A stretch of DNA of 44,381 nt from Candidatus Limnocylindria bacterium. GTDB taxonomy: Bacteria; Chloroflexota; Limnocylindria; QHBO01. The stretch covers positions 1-44,381 of the forward strand of contig DASURX010000051.1 in the NCBI GenBank assembly GCA_036375355.1, written 5' to 3'. Shown here one piece after another: positions 33,946 to 42,089 of this stretch. Made by a program: the position numbers and the translations under genes. The notes below the pieces were generated by a model. It was given only the letters and a program-made list of their open reading frames with translations, made no database searches and was not told the DNA's origin. Each line of letters starts with the position of its first letter. Position 1 is the first letter of the stretch.

Positions 33946-35270
33946 CCGGTCCTGCCGATCCGCGCTGGGAGCGCGAGTCCCGACGAAATGCCCGGATCCG
34001 CGAGTTGCGCGCCCAGCGCGAGGCGCCGATCAGGCGCCGGCGCACGTTCCAGCCGCTGGTGGTCATCGGCTGGTTCGCGGCCGTGATCGCCCTGGTGGGG
34101 GTCCTCATCTTCGTCGGCTTCCTGGCATTCGCGCCGACGCTGATGGCCTGGGTCGAGGACCACCCCGGGGCGATCGAGCACGGCGTCGTACAGGACTTCG
34201 TGGAGTGGTTCCGGCCCGGCACGCTGGCCGACACGCCGGCGGGCGACGACGGCCGGCGCATCACGGTCACGGTCGAGACGGGCGCCAGCGACACGGAGAT
34301 CGCCCAGCAGCTGGCCCAGGAGGGCGTCGTGCGCAGCGCCATCGCCTTCCAGTACGCCGTCCTGCAGGCGGGTCGCGAGGGGACGCTGCAGGCCGGGACG
34401 TACGACCTCTCGCCGTCGATGCGCCCCTCGGAGATCGTCGCCGCCCTGCGCCAGGAGGCTGGGCCGGAGGTGACGGTCACGATCCGCGAGGGCTGGCGGC
34501 TGGAGGAGGTGGTCGGCTACCTGGGCAGCACCGATCTGACCATGAACCTGGAGGAGTTCGCCGACCTGGCGCAGCACCCGCCGGCCGACCTGCTCAACGA
34601 GTTCGACTTCCTGGCCGACCTGCCCGCCGGACGCACGCTGGAGGGGTACCTCTACCCCGACACCTACCGTCTGGACGGCAACTCGAGCGCGCGGGAGGTG
34701 CTCGAGCGGCTGCTGACCACCTTCGGCGAGCGCCTCACCCAGGAGATCCGGGACGGTATTGCGGCGCGTGGCATGCGCGTCGACGACGCCGTGAACCTGG
34801 CCAGCATCGTGGAGCGCGAGGCGGTGCTCGACGAAGAGCGACCGCTCATCGCCGGCGTCTACCTGAACCGGATCAACAACCCCCAGGCCGAGACGGTGGG
34901 GCTGCTGAACGCCGACCCGACGCTGCAGTACGCCCTGGCCACCGCCGAGCACGGTACCGCGCCGGTGGACGAGTGGGGCACCATCGAATGGTGGCCGCCA
35001 CTGCAGACCGGCGGCGCGGACGTGCAGCTGCCCGAGGAGCTTGCCGGCTATCAGACCTACGTCAACAAGGGCCTGCCGCCGACGCCGATCGCGTCGCCGC
35101 GCATGCTATCCATCCAGGCGGTCGCGTTCGCCGACACCGCCAGCGGCTACTACTACTTCGTGGCCGCCTGCCCCGGCGGGAACCGCGACGGCTCGCACTA
35201 CTTCGGGCACACCTTCGGCGAGCACCAGGCCAACATTGCCAAGGCCAACGCCGAGTGCCCGGCGGGCTGA
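33942..35270 (+). CDS. mltG: Endolytic murein transglycosylase MltG (YceG-like)
   Basis: N-terminal TM anchor, then TIREGWRLEEV, ASIVEREA (catalytic Glu region), AGVYLNRI and YQTYVNKGLPPTPIASP. Confidence 0.93.
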   Translation: MTGPADPRWERESRRNARIRELRAQREAPIRRRRTFQPLVVIGWFAAVIALVGVLIFVGFLAFAPTLMAWVEDHPGAIEHGVVQDFVEWFRPGTLADTPAGDDGRRITVTVETGASDTEIAQQLAQEGVVRSAIAFQYAVLQAGREGTLQAGTYDLSPSMRPSEIVAALRQEAGPEVTVTIREGWRLEEVVGYLGSTDLTMNLEEFADLAQHPPADLLNEFDFLADLPAGRTLEGYLYPDTYRLDGNSSAREVLERLLTTFGERLTQEIRDGIAARGMRVDDAVNLASIVEREAVLDEERPLIAGVYLNRINNPQAETVGLLNADPTLQYALATAEHGTAPVDEWGTIEWWPPLQTGGADVQLPEELAGYQTYVNKGLPPTPIASPRMLSIQAVAFADTASGYYYFVAACPGGNRDGSHYFGHTFGEHQANIAKANAECPAG

Positions 35271-36361
35271 CGCACCCGGCGCGACTGGACGCGGCCCGGG
35301 CGATCCTGGATCGCGGGGACCTTGACGCGCTGCTCGTCAGCCGCACGGCCAACAAGCGCTGGCTCTCCGGGTTCGTGCTGCTGCCCGGCGAGGAGCCGAC
35401 CGCGCGCTGGTCGGGCACGCTCCTGGTCACACGCGACCGGGCGATCGTCCTCGCCGATGCCCGCTACACCGAGCAGGCGGGGGGCCAGTGCCCGGGCTGG
35501 GAGGTGCGCCTGGCGCAGGGCGAGATGCACGTCGAGGTGCCGTCGCTGGCCAGGCAAATCGGCGTGCGACGGATTGGGGCCGAGGCATCGGTCCTGAGCC
35601 ATGCGCAGTGGGCCGCGCTGGAGGCGGCGGGCCTGGAGCTGGTGCCGGAGGATTCCGGGCTGGACGACCTGCGCATCCGCAAGGACGCCGACGAGCTGGG
35701 TGCCATCGAGCGCGCCTGCGCGCTCACGGATCGCTGCTTCGCGCACCTGCTGGAAACGGTCCGCCCGGGCATGACCGAGCGCGAGGTGGCCTGGCAGATC
35801 GAGACGTTCTTCCGGGCCAGCGGGGCCGATGGCGCCGCCTTCACCCCGCTCGTCCTGGTCGGGGCGCGGGCGGCCATGCCGCACGGCCACGCCTCAGATG
35901 TCCCGGTGCGGCCCGATGCCCCGCTGCTGCTGGACTTCGGCTGCCAGGTGGACGGGTACCGGAGCGACATGACCCGCACCATATTCTTCGGCGAGCCCGA
36001 CGCCGAGGCGCGACGTCGGTACGAGGCGGTGCGGGAGGCCCAGCAGCGCGCCTTCGAGGCCGCTGCGGTCGGCGTCACCGGACGCGACGTCGACGCCGCG
36101 GCGCGCGACTGCCTGGCCGAGGGCGGCCGTGGAGAGGCGTTCACCCACGGGCTGGGCCACGGCATCGGCCTGGAGACCCATGAAAGCCCGATGCTGAAGT
36201 CCTGGGATCGCCCGCTGCAGGCCGGGATGGTCTTCACCCTGGAGCCCGGCGTGTACCTGCCGGGAGAGATCGGCATCCGGATCGAGGACACCGTGGTGCT
36301 GGAGGCGGCCGGCCCGCGCCGGCTCACGCATTCGCCGCGGGAGCTGCTGCTCTCTGCGTGA
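35255..36361 (+). CDS. Xaa-Pro aminopeptidase/dipeptidase (M24B family)
   Basis: I chose the GTG at 35255, which overlaps mltG by 16 nt; the exact start is uncertain. Motifs: creatinase-like N-domain, LLLDFGCQVDGYRSDMTRT, HGLGHGIGLETHE, FTLEPGVY, IRIEDTV. The earlier part of ORF 34205.. is a shadow of mltG. Confidence 0.88.
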   Translation: MPGGLTHPARLDAARAILDRGDLDALLVSRTANKRWLSGFVLLPGEEPTARWSGTLLVTRDRAIVLADARYTEQAGGQCPGWEVRLAQGEMHVEVPSLARQIGVRRIGAEASVLSHAQWAALEAAGLELVPEDSGLDDLRIRKDADELGAIERACALTDRCFAHLLETVRPGMTEREVAWQIETFFRASGADGAAFTPLVLVGARAAMPHGHASDVPVRPDAPLLLDFGCQVDGYRSDMTRTIFFGEPDAEARRRYEAVREAQQRAFEAAAVGVTGRDVDAAARDCLAEGGRGEAFTHGLGHGIGLETHESPMLKSWDRPLQAGMVFTLEPGVYLPGEIGIRIEDTVVLEAAGPRRLTHSPRELLLSA

Positions 36362-36429
36362 GGCGGGGGGCCGCGGTGCCCTAGACTTGGGCGCTGCGGG
36401 AAGAAGGATCGGTCCCGGGAGGCACGTGG

Positions 36430-36990
36430 TTGATCGACACCGGTGACATCAAGAAGGGCGTGATCATCGAGCTGGACGGGCAGCTCATGAAGGTGCTCGA
36501 CTGGACGCACATCAAGATGGCGCGCGGATCGGCGCAGGTCCGGATGAAGCTGCAGAACGTGCGGAAGGGCGACATCGTGGAGCGCACCTTCCAGGCCGGC
36601 ACGCGCTGGCCGCGCGCTCGCGTCGAGCAGCGCAAGGTGATGTTCCTCTACTCGGATGACGACGCGTACCACTTCATGGACAACGAGACCTACGACCAGT
36701 TCGCCGTGTCGGCGCAGATGCTGGGCGACGACGCGCGCTACCTGAAGGACAACACCGAGGTCTTCGTCTCGATGTACGAGGGCGAGGTCCTCGGCGTGGA
36801 CCTGCCCGTGACCGTGGACCTGCGGGTGACCCAGACCGATCCCGGCTTTGCGGGCGACACCGCCACCGGCGCCAAGAAGGCAGCCACGGTCGAGACCGGG
36901 CTGGTGGTCCAGGTTCCGCTCTTCGTCAACGAGGGCGACCTGCTGCGCGTCGACACCCGCACCGGCGAGTACGTGACCCGGCTCCAGTAG
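36430..36990 (+). CDS. efp: Translation elongation factor P, with Arg32 at the loop tip
   Basis: TTG start with GGGAGG upstream. 186 aa: DIKKGVIIELDGQLMKV...HIKMARGSAQVRMKL...VETGLVVQVPLFVNEGDLLRVDTRTGEYVTRL. It sits in the conserved pepP-efp position. Confidence 0.93.
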   Translation: MIDTGDIKKGVIIELDGQLMKVLDWTHIKMARGSAQVRMKLQNVRKGDIVERTFQAGTRWPRARVEQRKVMFLYSDDDAYHFMDNETYDQFAVSAQMLGDDARYLKDNTEVFVSMYEGEVLGVDLPVTVDLRVTQTDPGFAGDTATGAKKAATVETGLVVQVPLFVNEGDLLRVDTRTGEYVTRLQ

Positions 36991-37047
36991 CACACCGGGA
37001 GTCGCGAGGCAGCCGACCGGTGATCGCGACTGCTGACCGCGACGGCG

Positions 37048-37053
37048 TAAGGT
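37048..37053 (+). promoter_or_regulatory. Candidate -10 (TAAGGT) for xseA; leaderless
   Basis: The hexamer ends 7 nt before the ATG at 37061. Confidence 0.3.
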
Positions 37054-37060
37054 AGGGCCA

Positions 37061-38386
37061 ATGGACGACCAGCCAACGCTGTGGGACGTCGGTCGCATCC
37101 GGGAGCCTGCGGCGGAACCGCCGGCACGACCGGTGGCCGAGGCCGATCCCGGAACCGCGCCCGCGCGACCGATGCCGCGCATCCTGCGCGTCAGCGACCT
37201 CAACCGCCGGGTGCGCGCCCTGCTTGACGGTGACCCCACCCTCGCCGACGTGTGGGTCGAGGGCGAGGTCAGCCAGCCGTCCTTCCCGCCATCGGGCCAC
37301 TGCTTCTTCACCCTGAAGGACGCCGCCAGCCAGGTGCGGGCGGTGCTCTTCCGCGAGGAGCTGGCGCAGGCCAACGTCCGCCCCGAGCACGGCATGCAGG
37401 TCATCTGCCACGGGCGGCTGCGAGCCTACGAGCCGCAGGGCGTGTACCAGCTCTACGTCTGGACGCTGACGCCCGCCGGCGCCGGGGATCTGCACCAGCG
37501 CTACGAGGCGCTGCGCGCGAAGCTGGCCGCCGAGGGTCTGTTCGAGGCCGCGCGCAAGCGGCCGCTGCCGCGCTGGCCACGGCGCATCGGCGTGGCCACG
37601 TCGCCGGTCGGCGCGGTGTGGCGCGACATCGGCAACGTCATGCGGCGCCGCTACCCGCTGGCCGAGCTGATCCTGTCGCCGACCATCGTGCAGGGCGCCA
37701 CCGCGGCCGGCGCCATCGTGCGCGCCCTCAACCGCCTCTACGCGCAGCCGGACCTGGACCTGGTGATCCTGGCGCGCGGCGGCGGGTCGCTGGAGGACCT
37801 GTGGTCGTTCAACGACGAGCAGGTGGTCCGTGCCGTGGCCGCCTCGCCGGTCCCGATCATCGTGGGGGTCGGGCACGAGAGCGACGTGACGCTCGCCGAT
37901 TTCGCCGCGGACGTCCGCGCTCCCACGCCGTCGGCGGCCGCTGAGCAGGCGGTGCCTGACACGACCCAGCTGCCCGCCATCCTGGCCCGGCTGCGCGATC
38001 GCGCCTCGAGCGCCCTGCTGGCGGCGGTTAACGCGCGCCAGCGGCAGGTGGAGGCAGAGGCACGCGCGCTCGCCCGCCTGACGCCCGACGCCGGCGCCGC
38101 GCGCCAGCGCGCCGCGGACCTGCTGGACCGCGCACATCGCGCCCTGGCGGCCCGCGCGGCGCAGCAGCGCATGACCCTCGACGCCCTGCGCGACGCGCTC
38201 CGAACCCTCTCGCCGGCCGCCACGCTGGAGCGCGGCTACGCGGTCGCGCGCCTCGGCGACGGGACGGTCGTCCGCGACCCCGAGCAGGCACCGCCGGGCA
38301 GCGGCGTCAGCGTGACGGTCGCTCGCGGCGTGCTGCAGGCCCGCGTCGAAGGCAGCACCAGGACCGAGCAGCAGGAGGACCGATGA
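37061..38386 (+). CDS. xseA: Exodeoxyribonuclease VII large subunit
   Basis: OB-fold N-terminus (VSDLNRRVRALLDGDP...VWVEGEVSQ...GHCFFTLKD), then IGVATSPVGAVWRDI, RGGGSLEDLWSFNDE, VGHESD. Confidence 0.94.
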   Translation: MDDQPTLWDVGRIREPAAEPPARPVAEADPGTAPARPMPRILRVSDLNRRVRALLDGDPTLADVWVEGEVSQPSFPPSGHCFFTLKDAASQVRAVLFREELAQANVRPEHGMQVICHGRLRAYEPQGVYQLYVWTLTPAGAGDLHQRYEALRAKLAAEGLFEAARKRPLPRWPRRIGVATSPVGAVWRDIGNVMRRRYPLAELILSPTIVQGATAAGAIVRALNRLYAQPDLDLVILARGGGSLEDLWSFNDEQVVRAVAASPVPIIVGVGHESDVTLADFAADVRAPTPSAAAEQAVPDTTQLPAILARLRDRASSALLAAVNARQRQVEAEARALARLTPDAGAARQRAADLLDRAHRALAARAAQQRMTLDALRDALRTLSPAATLERGYAVARLGDGTVVRDPEQAPPGSGVSVTVARGVLQARVEGSTRTEQQEDR

Positions 38387-38616
38387 GCGAGCAGGACCTG
38401 GCCGGGCGGCCGTTCGACGACCTGGTCGGCGAGCTGCAGCAGATCGTGCAGGCGCTGGAGGCCGGCAACCTGCAGCTCGAGGAGAGCATCACGCTCTACC
38501 GCCGCGGCCTGGAGCTGCACGCGGCGTGCGAGCAGCGCCTGCGCGAGGCCGAGCTGACGATCACGCAGCTCGGCCGGGGCGTCGTCGACGACGCGGTACA
38601 GGAGGCGGATGGCTAG
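38383..38616 (+). CDS. xseB: Exodeoxyribonuclease VII small subunit
   Basis: 77 aa. FDDLVGELQQIVQALEAGNLQLEESITLYRRGLELHAACEQRL. ATGA overlap with xseA. Confidence 0.92.
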   Translation: MSEQDLAGRPFDDLVGELQQIVQALEAGNLQLEESITLYRRGLELHAACEQRLREAELTITQLGRGVVDDAVQEADG

Positions 38617-39058
38617 GCCGATGACCAGGCCCGTCCGCGCCCCGCGCGGCTCGGACGCAGCCGCGCTGGCGGAGCTCAGCCGGCAGCTCGGCTACGAGGT
38701 TGGCGACGACGAGGCGGGGGAGCGGCTGCAGGCCGTGACCGCCAACGGCGATGCCGCCCTCCTGGTGGCCACCGACGATGGGGATCGGCCCATCGGCTGG
38801 GTGCACGTGGAGCTGAAGCGCAGCCTGCTGGCGCCGCTGAGCGCCCAGGTCATGGGCCTGGTAGTGGACGAACGCTTCCGCAACGACGGGATCGGGCGGG
38901 ACCTGCTGGTCGCCGCCGAGGCCTGGGCCGTGGAGAGGGGTTGCGTGGCCATGCTGGTCGGCTCGCGGGTGACCCGCGAGCGGGCCCATCGGTTCTACCA
39001 GCGCGAGGGGTACGAGATCCAGAAGACCTCCTACTTCTTCCACAAGCCGCTGGCGTGA
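38609..39058 (+). CDS. GNAT-family N-acetyltransferase, substrate unknown
   Basis: 149 aa with an 8-nt overlap with xseB. Acetyl-CoA motif GLVVDERFRNDGIGRDLLVAAEAWA and the terminal RAHRFYQREGY. Confidence 0.85.
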   Translation: MARPMTRPVRAPRGSDAAALAELSRQLGYEVGDDEAGERLQAVTANGDAALLVATDDGDRPIGWVHVELKRSLLAPLSAQVMGLVVDERFRNDGIGRDLLVAAEAWAVERGCVAMLVGSRVTRERAHRFYQREGYEIQKTSYFFHKPLA

Positions 39059-39063
39059 CATCG

Positions 39064-39090
39064 GCCAGAGCTCTGGCGTCCCGAAGGGAC
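39064..39090 (+). terminator. Palindrome plus small hairpin after the GNAT gene
   Basis: The perfect 14-nt palindrome GCCAGAGCTCTGGC is followed by GTCCC-GAA-GGGAC. Confidence 0.3.
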
Positions 39091-39107
39091 CCTCGCATGC
39101 ATCGGGC

Positions 39108-39113
39108 TATACT
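39108..39113 (+). promoter_or_regulatory. Candidate -10 (TATACT) for dxs
   Basis: GGCTATACT lies 25 nt upstream of the ATG at 39138, followed by a GGAGG ribosome-binding site. Confidence 0.35.
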
Positions 39114-39137
39114 TTCGCCCGCCCTTTCACGGAGTCA

Positions 39138-41108
39138 TTGGAGGCGATGCTCGATACCCTGAACGACCCGGCGCAGCTGCGCGGCCTGAGCGCCAGCGAG
39201 CTCGAATCGCTGGCCGCCGAGCTGCGCGAGAAGATGATCCGGACCGTCCATCGAACCGGCGGCCACCTCGCCAGCTCACTCGGGACGGTGGAGCTGACGC
39301 TCGCGCTGCACCGCCTCATGGACTCGCCGCGCGACCGGCTGGTGTGGGACACCGGCCACCAGGCGTACGCGCACAAGCTGCTCACCGGACGCCGCGACAG
39401 CTTCGACAGCCTGCGCCAGGTGAACGGCGTGGGCGGCTTCCCGCGGCGCAGCGAGAGCGAGCACGACGTGTTCGACGGCGGACATGCCGGCACGGGTGTG
39501 AGCATCGGGGTCGGCCTGGCGGCAGCGCGCGACCTGCGCCCGGCAGGGGACCCGCTGCGCCGGCAGCGCATCGCGGTGGTGGTCGGCGACGCCGCGCTGC
39601 AGAGCGGGCTGACCCTGGAGGCGCTGAACCACCTTGGGCACGTGCGCCACCCGCTGCTGATCGTCCTGAACGACAACGAGATGAGCATCAGCCCCTCGGT
39701 TGGCGGCCTTTCGACGCGGCTCAACAAGCTGCGCCTGACGCGCGCCTACCAGGAGACCAAGTCGGCGACCCAGCGGCTGCTGCCCAGGGTGCCGCTGGTC
39801 GGCAAGCCTGCCTTCGAGGTGCTGGGCTGGGCCAAGGAGGGCTTCAAGCGCACCTGGGCCTCGGTCGGCTTCTTCGAGGACATGGGGATCACCTACATCG
39901 GCGTCCTCGACGGCCACGACATCGGCGAGATGGAGGAGACCTTCGAGCGTGCCTTCGCGCTGCGGGCGCCGGTGCTGGTGCACGTCAAGACCGTCAAGGG
40001 GCGCGGCTACGCGCCGGCCGAGCGGGACAGCGTGTCGTTCCACGGGGCCAGCCTTCCGCCCATCGACCTGTGCCTGATCGACCCGACCGAGGAGCCGCTG
40101 CCGGCCGAGACGGAGCCGAGGCGCAAGCCCAAGACCTACACCCAGGCCTTCGTCGAGGAGCTGGTGCATCTGGCGGAGGCCGATGCGCGCATCTGCGCCA
40201 TCACCGCCGGCATGCCGACCGGCACCGGGCTGGCCCGCTTCTGCGAGCGCTTCCCGGACCGATTCTTCGACGTCGGCATCGCCGAGCAGCACTCGGTCAC
40301 CATGGCCACCGGCCTGGCGCTGGCCGGCCTGCGTCCGGTGGTGGCGCTGTACTCCACCTTCAGCCAGCGCGCCTACGACCAGCTGGTCCACGACGTCTGC
40401 CAGAACGACGCGCCGGTGGTCCTGGCGCTCGACCGATCCGGGCTGGTGGGCGAGGACGGCACGAGCCACCAGGGCATGTTCATGCTGCCGGCCATGCGAG
40501 CGCTTCCGAACCTGGCCATCGCCTCGCCAAAGGACGAACAGGAGCTGCGCGACCTGCTCGCGACGGCCATGGCCCATCCGGGACCGATGGCGCTGCTCTA
40601 CCCGCGCGACGCGGGCGAGGATCTCCCGGACCGGGCCGGCACCCCGCTCGAGGTCGGACGCGCCGAGCTGCTGCGCGGCGGGGACGACGTCCTGCTCATC
40701 GGCCTGGGGCCGATCGTGCAGCGCCTGCTGGTGGTCGCCGAGCGGCTGGCGCGCGAAGGCGTGTCGGCAGCCGTCGTCAATGCGCGCTGGGCGAAGCCGC
40801 TCGACGAGGCCAGCGTGGCCGAGCACGCCGCGGGCAAGCGGCTGGTCGTCACCGCCGAGGAATCGGCGGCGATGGGTGGCTTCGGCGACGGCGTGCTCGA
40901 TGCCCTCAACCGCGCCGGCATCCATGCACCGATGCTGAAGGTGGCGCTGGCCGACGGCTTCGTGCACCACGGCGCGGTCGAGGACCTGCGCCGCCAGCAG
41001 CGCATCGACGCGGAGGGCATCCACGAGCGCGTGCGCGAGGCGCTGGGCCTGGGTGGCGCTGCCGAGCCCCGGCCCGATCGCGTGCCAACCGAGCCGGCCG
41101 CCTCCTGA
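39138..41108 (+). CDS. dxs: 1-deoxy-D-xylulose-5-phosphate synthase
   Basis: Motifs: LRGLSASELESLAAELR, GGHLASSLGTVELTLALH, WDTGHQAYAHKLLTGR, ThDP motif VGDAALQSGLTLEALNH, DVGIAEQHSVTMATGLA. GGAGG lies upstream. An in-frame ATG at 39147 is an alternative start. Confidence 0.95.
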   Translation: MEAMLDTLNDPAQLRGLSASELESLAAELREKMIRTVHRTGGHLASSLGTVELTLALHRLMDSPRDRLVWDTGHQAYAHKLLTGRRDSFDSLRQVNGVGGFPRRSESEHDVFDGGHAGTGVSIGVGLAAARDLRPAGDPLRRQRIAVVVGDAALQSGLTLEALNHLGHVRHPLLIVLNDNEMSISPSVGGLSTRLNKLRLTRAYQETKSATQRLLPRVPLVGKPAFEVLGWAKEGFKRTWASVGFFEDMGITYIGVLDGHDIGEMEETFERAFALRAPVLVHVKTVKGRGYAPAERDSVSFHGASLPPIDLCLIDPTEEPLPAETEPRRKPKTYTQAFVEELVHLAEADARICAITAGMPTGTGLARFCERFPDRFFDVGIAEQHSVTMATGLALAGLRPVVALYSTFSQRAYDQLVHDVCQNDAPVVLALDRSGLVGEDGTSHQGMFMLPAMRALPNLAIASPKDEQELRDLLATAMAHPGPMALLYPRDAGEDLPDRAGTPLEVGRAELLRGGDDVLLIGLGPIVQRLLVVAERLAREGVSAAVVNARWAKPLDEASVAEHAAGKRLVVTAEESAAMGGFGDGVLDALNRAGIHAPMLKVALADGFVHHGAVEDLRRQQRIDAEGIHERVREALGLGGAAEPRPDRVPTEPAAS

Positions 41109-41128
41109 GCGTGGCGCACCCGGCGCCG

Positions 41129-41245
41129 ATGAGCGAGCACAAGCGCCGGATGATCGCCGGCGAGCCCTACCTCGCCGACGATCCGCAGTTCGGTGACGGC
41201 ACCTGGCTGGGCGGCAACCCCGCCCGCGTCCTCCGCGGGCTGTAG
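41129..41245 (+). pseudogene. Relic of a maltose/galactoside O-acetyltransferase (Maa/LacA-type) with an in-frame internal deletion; 38 codons remain
   Basis: MSEHKRRMIAGEPYLADDPQF resembles the Mac N-terminus (E. coli Maa begins [21 protein letters not shown]). It is fused directly to GDGTWLGGNPARVLRGL*, which resembles the Maa C-terminus (...VVVGGNPARIIKKL*). The whole hexapeptide-repeat core is missing. Confidence 0.6.
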
Positions 41246-41250
41246 CGCCG

Positions 41251-42063
41251 ATGACTCGCCCCGGTCGCGTGCGGCTCGACCAACTCCTGGTCGAGCAAGG
41301 TCTGGCGGCCTCGCGCGCGCAGGCGCAGGCGCTCCTGCTCGCCGGACAGGTCGAGCTGGCGGGGGCTGCCGACCGGAACCTCAAGCCGGGCCAGCTGGTG
41401 GCCCCGGATGCCGCGCTGACGCTGGTGTCCCGGCCGCGATGGGCGTCGCGTGCCGGCGAGAAGCTCGAGGCCGCGCTGGATGCCTTCGGCGTGGACCCTG
41501 CGGGGCAGGCCTGCCTGGATGCGGGCGCCTCGACGGGGGGATTCAGTGATGTCCTGCTGAGCCGCGGCGCGCGCGTCGTCTACGCGGTGGACGTCGGGCG
41601 CGGGCAGCTGCTCGAGCGCCTGCGCGCGGATCCGCGGGTGGTCAGCATGGAGCGCACCAACCTGCGCACGCTCGCGGGGCTGCCGGAGCCGATCAACTTG
41701 GCCACGCTGGACCTGTCGTTCATCTCGCTGCGGCTGATCCTTCCCGCGGTGCGTTCCTTGCTGACGCCGGACGGCGGGGTCGTGGCCCTGGTCAAGCCGC
41801 AGTTCGAGGCGGGGCGCGGCAGCGTGCCGCGCGGCGGGGTGGTGCGCGATCCGGAGGTGCATCGCGGCGTGCTGCTGCGCTTTAGCGACGACGCACGCCG
41901 CGCGGGCTTCGGGCCGATGGCGCTCATTCGCTCGCCGCTGGCCGGCGGGGACGGGAACGTCGAGTTCCTGGCCCTGCTGGGCGCGCCCGAGCGGGCGGCG
42001 GACCCGACCGCCTGGAGCGAGGCGGTCGAGCGGGTGACGGGCGCATCGGGCGTCTCGGGGTAA
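41251..42063 (+). CDS. tlyA: TlyA-family rRNA (cytidine-2'-O)-methyltransferase with S4 domain
   Basis: S4-like VRLDQLLVEQGLAASRAQAQALLLAGQV. FtsJ/SAM motif CLDAGASTGGFSDVLLSRGA, and DLSFISL. Confidence 0.92.
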   Translation: MTRPGRVRLDQLLVEQGLAASRAQAQALLLAGQVELAGAADRNLKPGQLVAPDAALTLVSRPRWASRAGEKLEAALDAFGVDPAGQACLDAGASTGGFSDVLLSRGARVVYAVDVGRGQLLERLRADPRVVSMERTNLRTLAGLPEPINLATLDLSFISLRLILPAVRSLLTPDGGVVALVKPQFEAGRGSVPRGGVVRDPEVHRGVLLRFSDDARRAGFGPMALIRSPLAGGDGNVEFLALLGAPERAADPTAWSEAVERVTGASGVSG

Positions 42064-42074
42064 CCGTCGCGTAC

Positions 42075-42080
42075 TACGAT
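42075..42080 (+). promoter_or_regulatory. Candidate -10 (TACGAT) for the RHH-nadK-recN unit
   Basis: The hexamer ends 9 nt before the ATG at 42090, inside the 26-nt tlyA-RHH spacer. Confidence 0.3.
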
Positions 42081-42089
42081 GCACGACGA

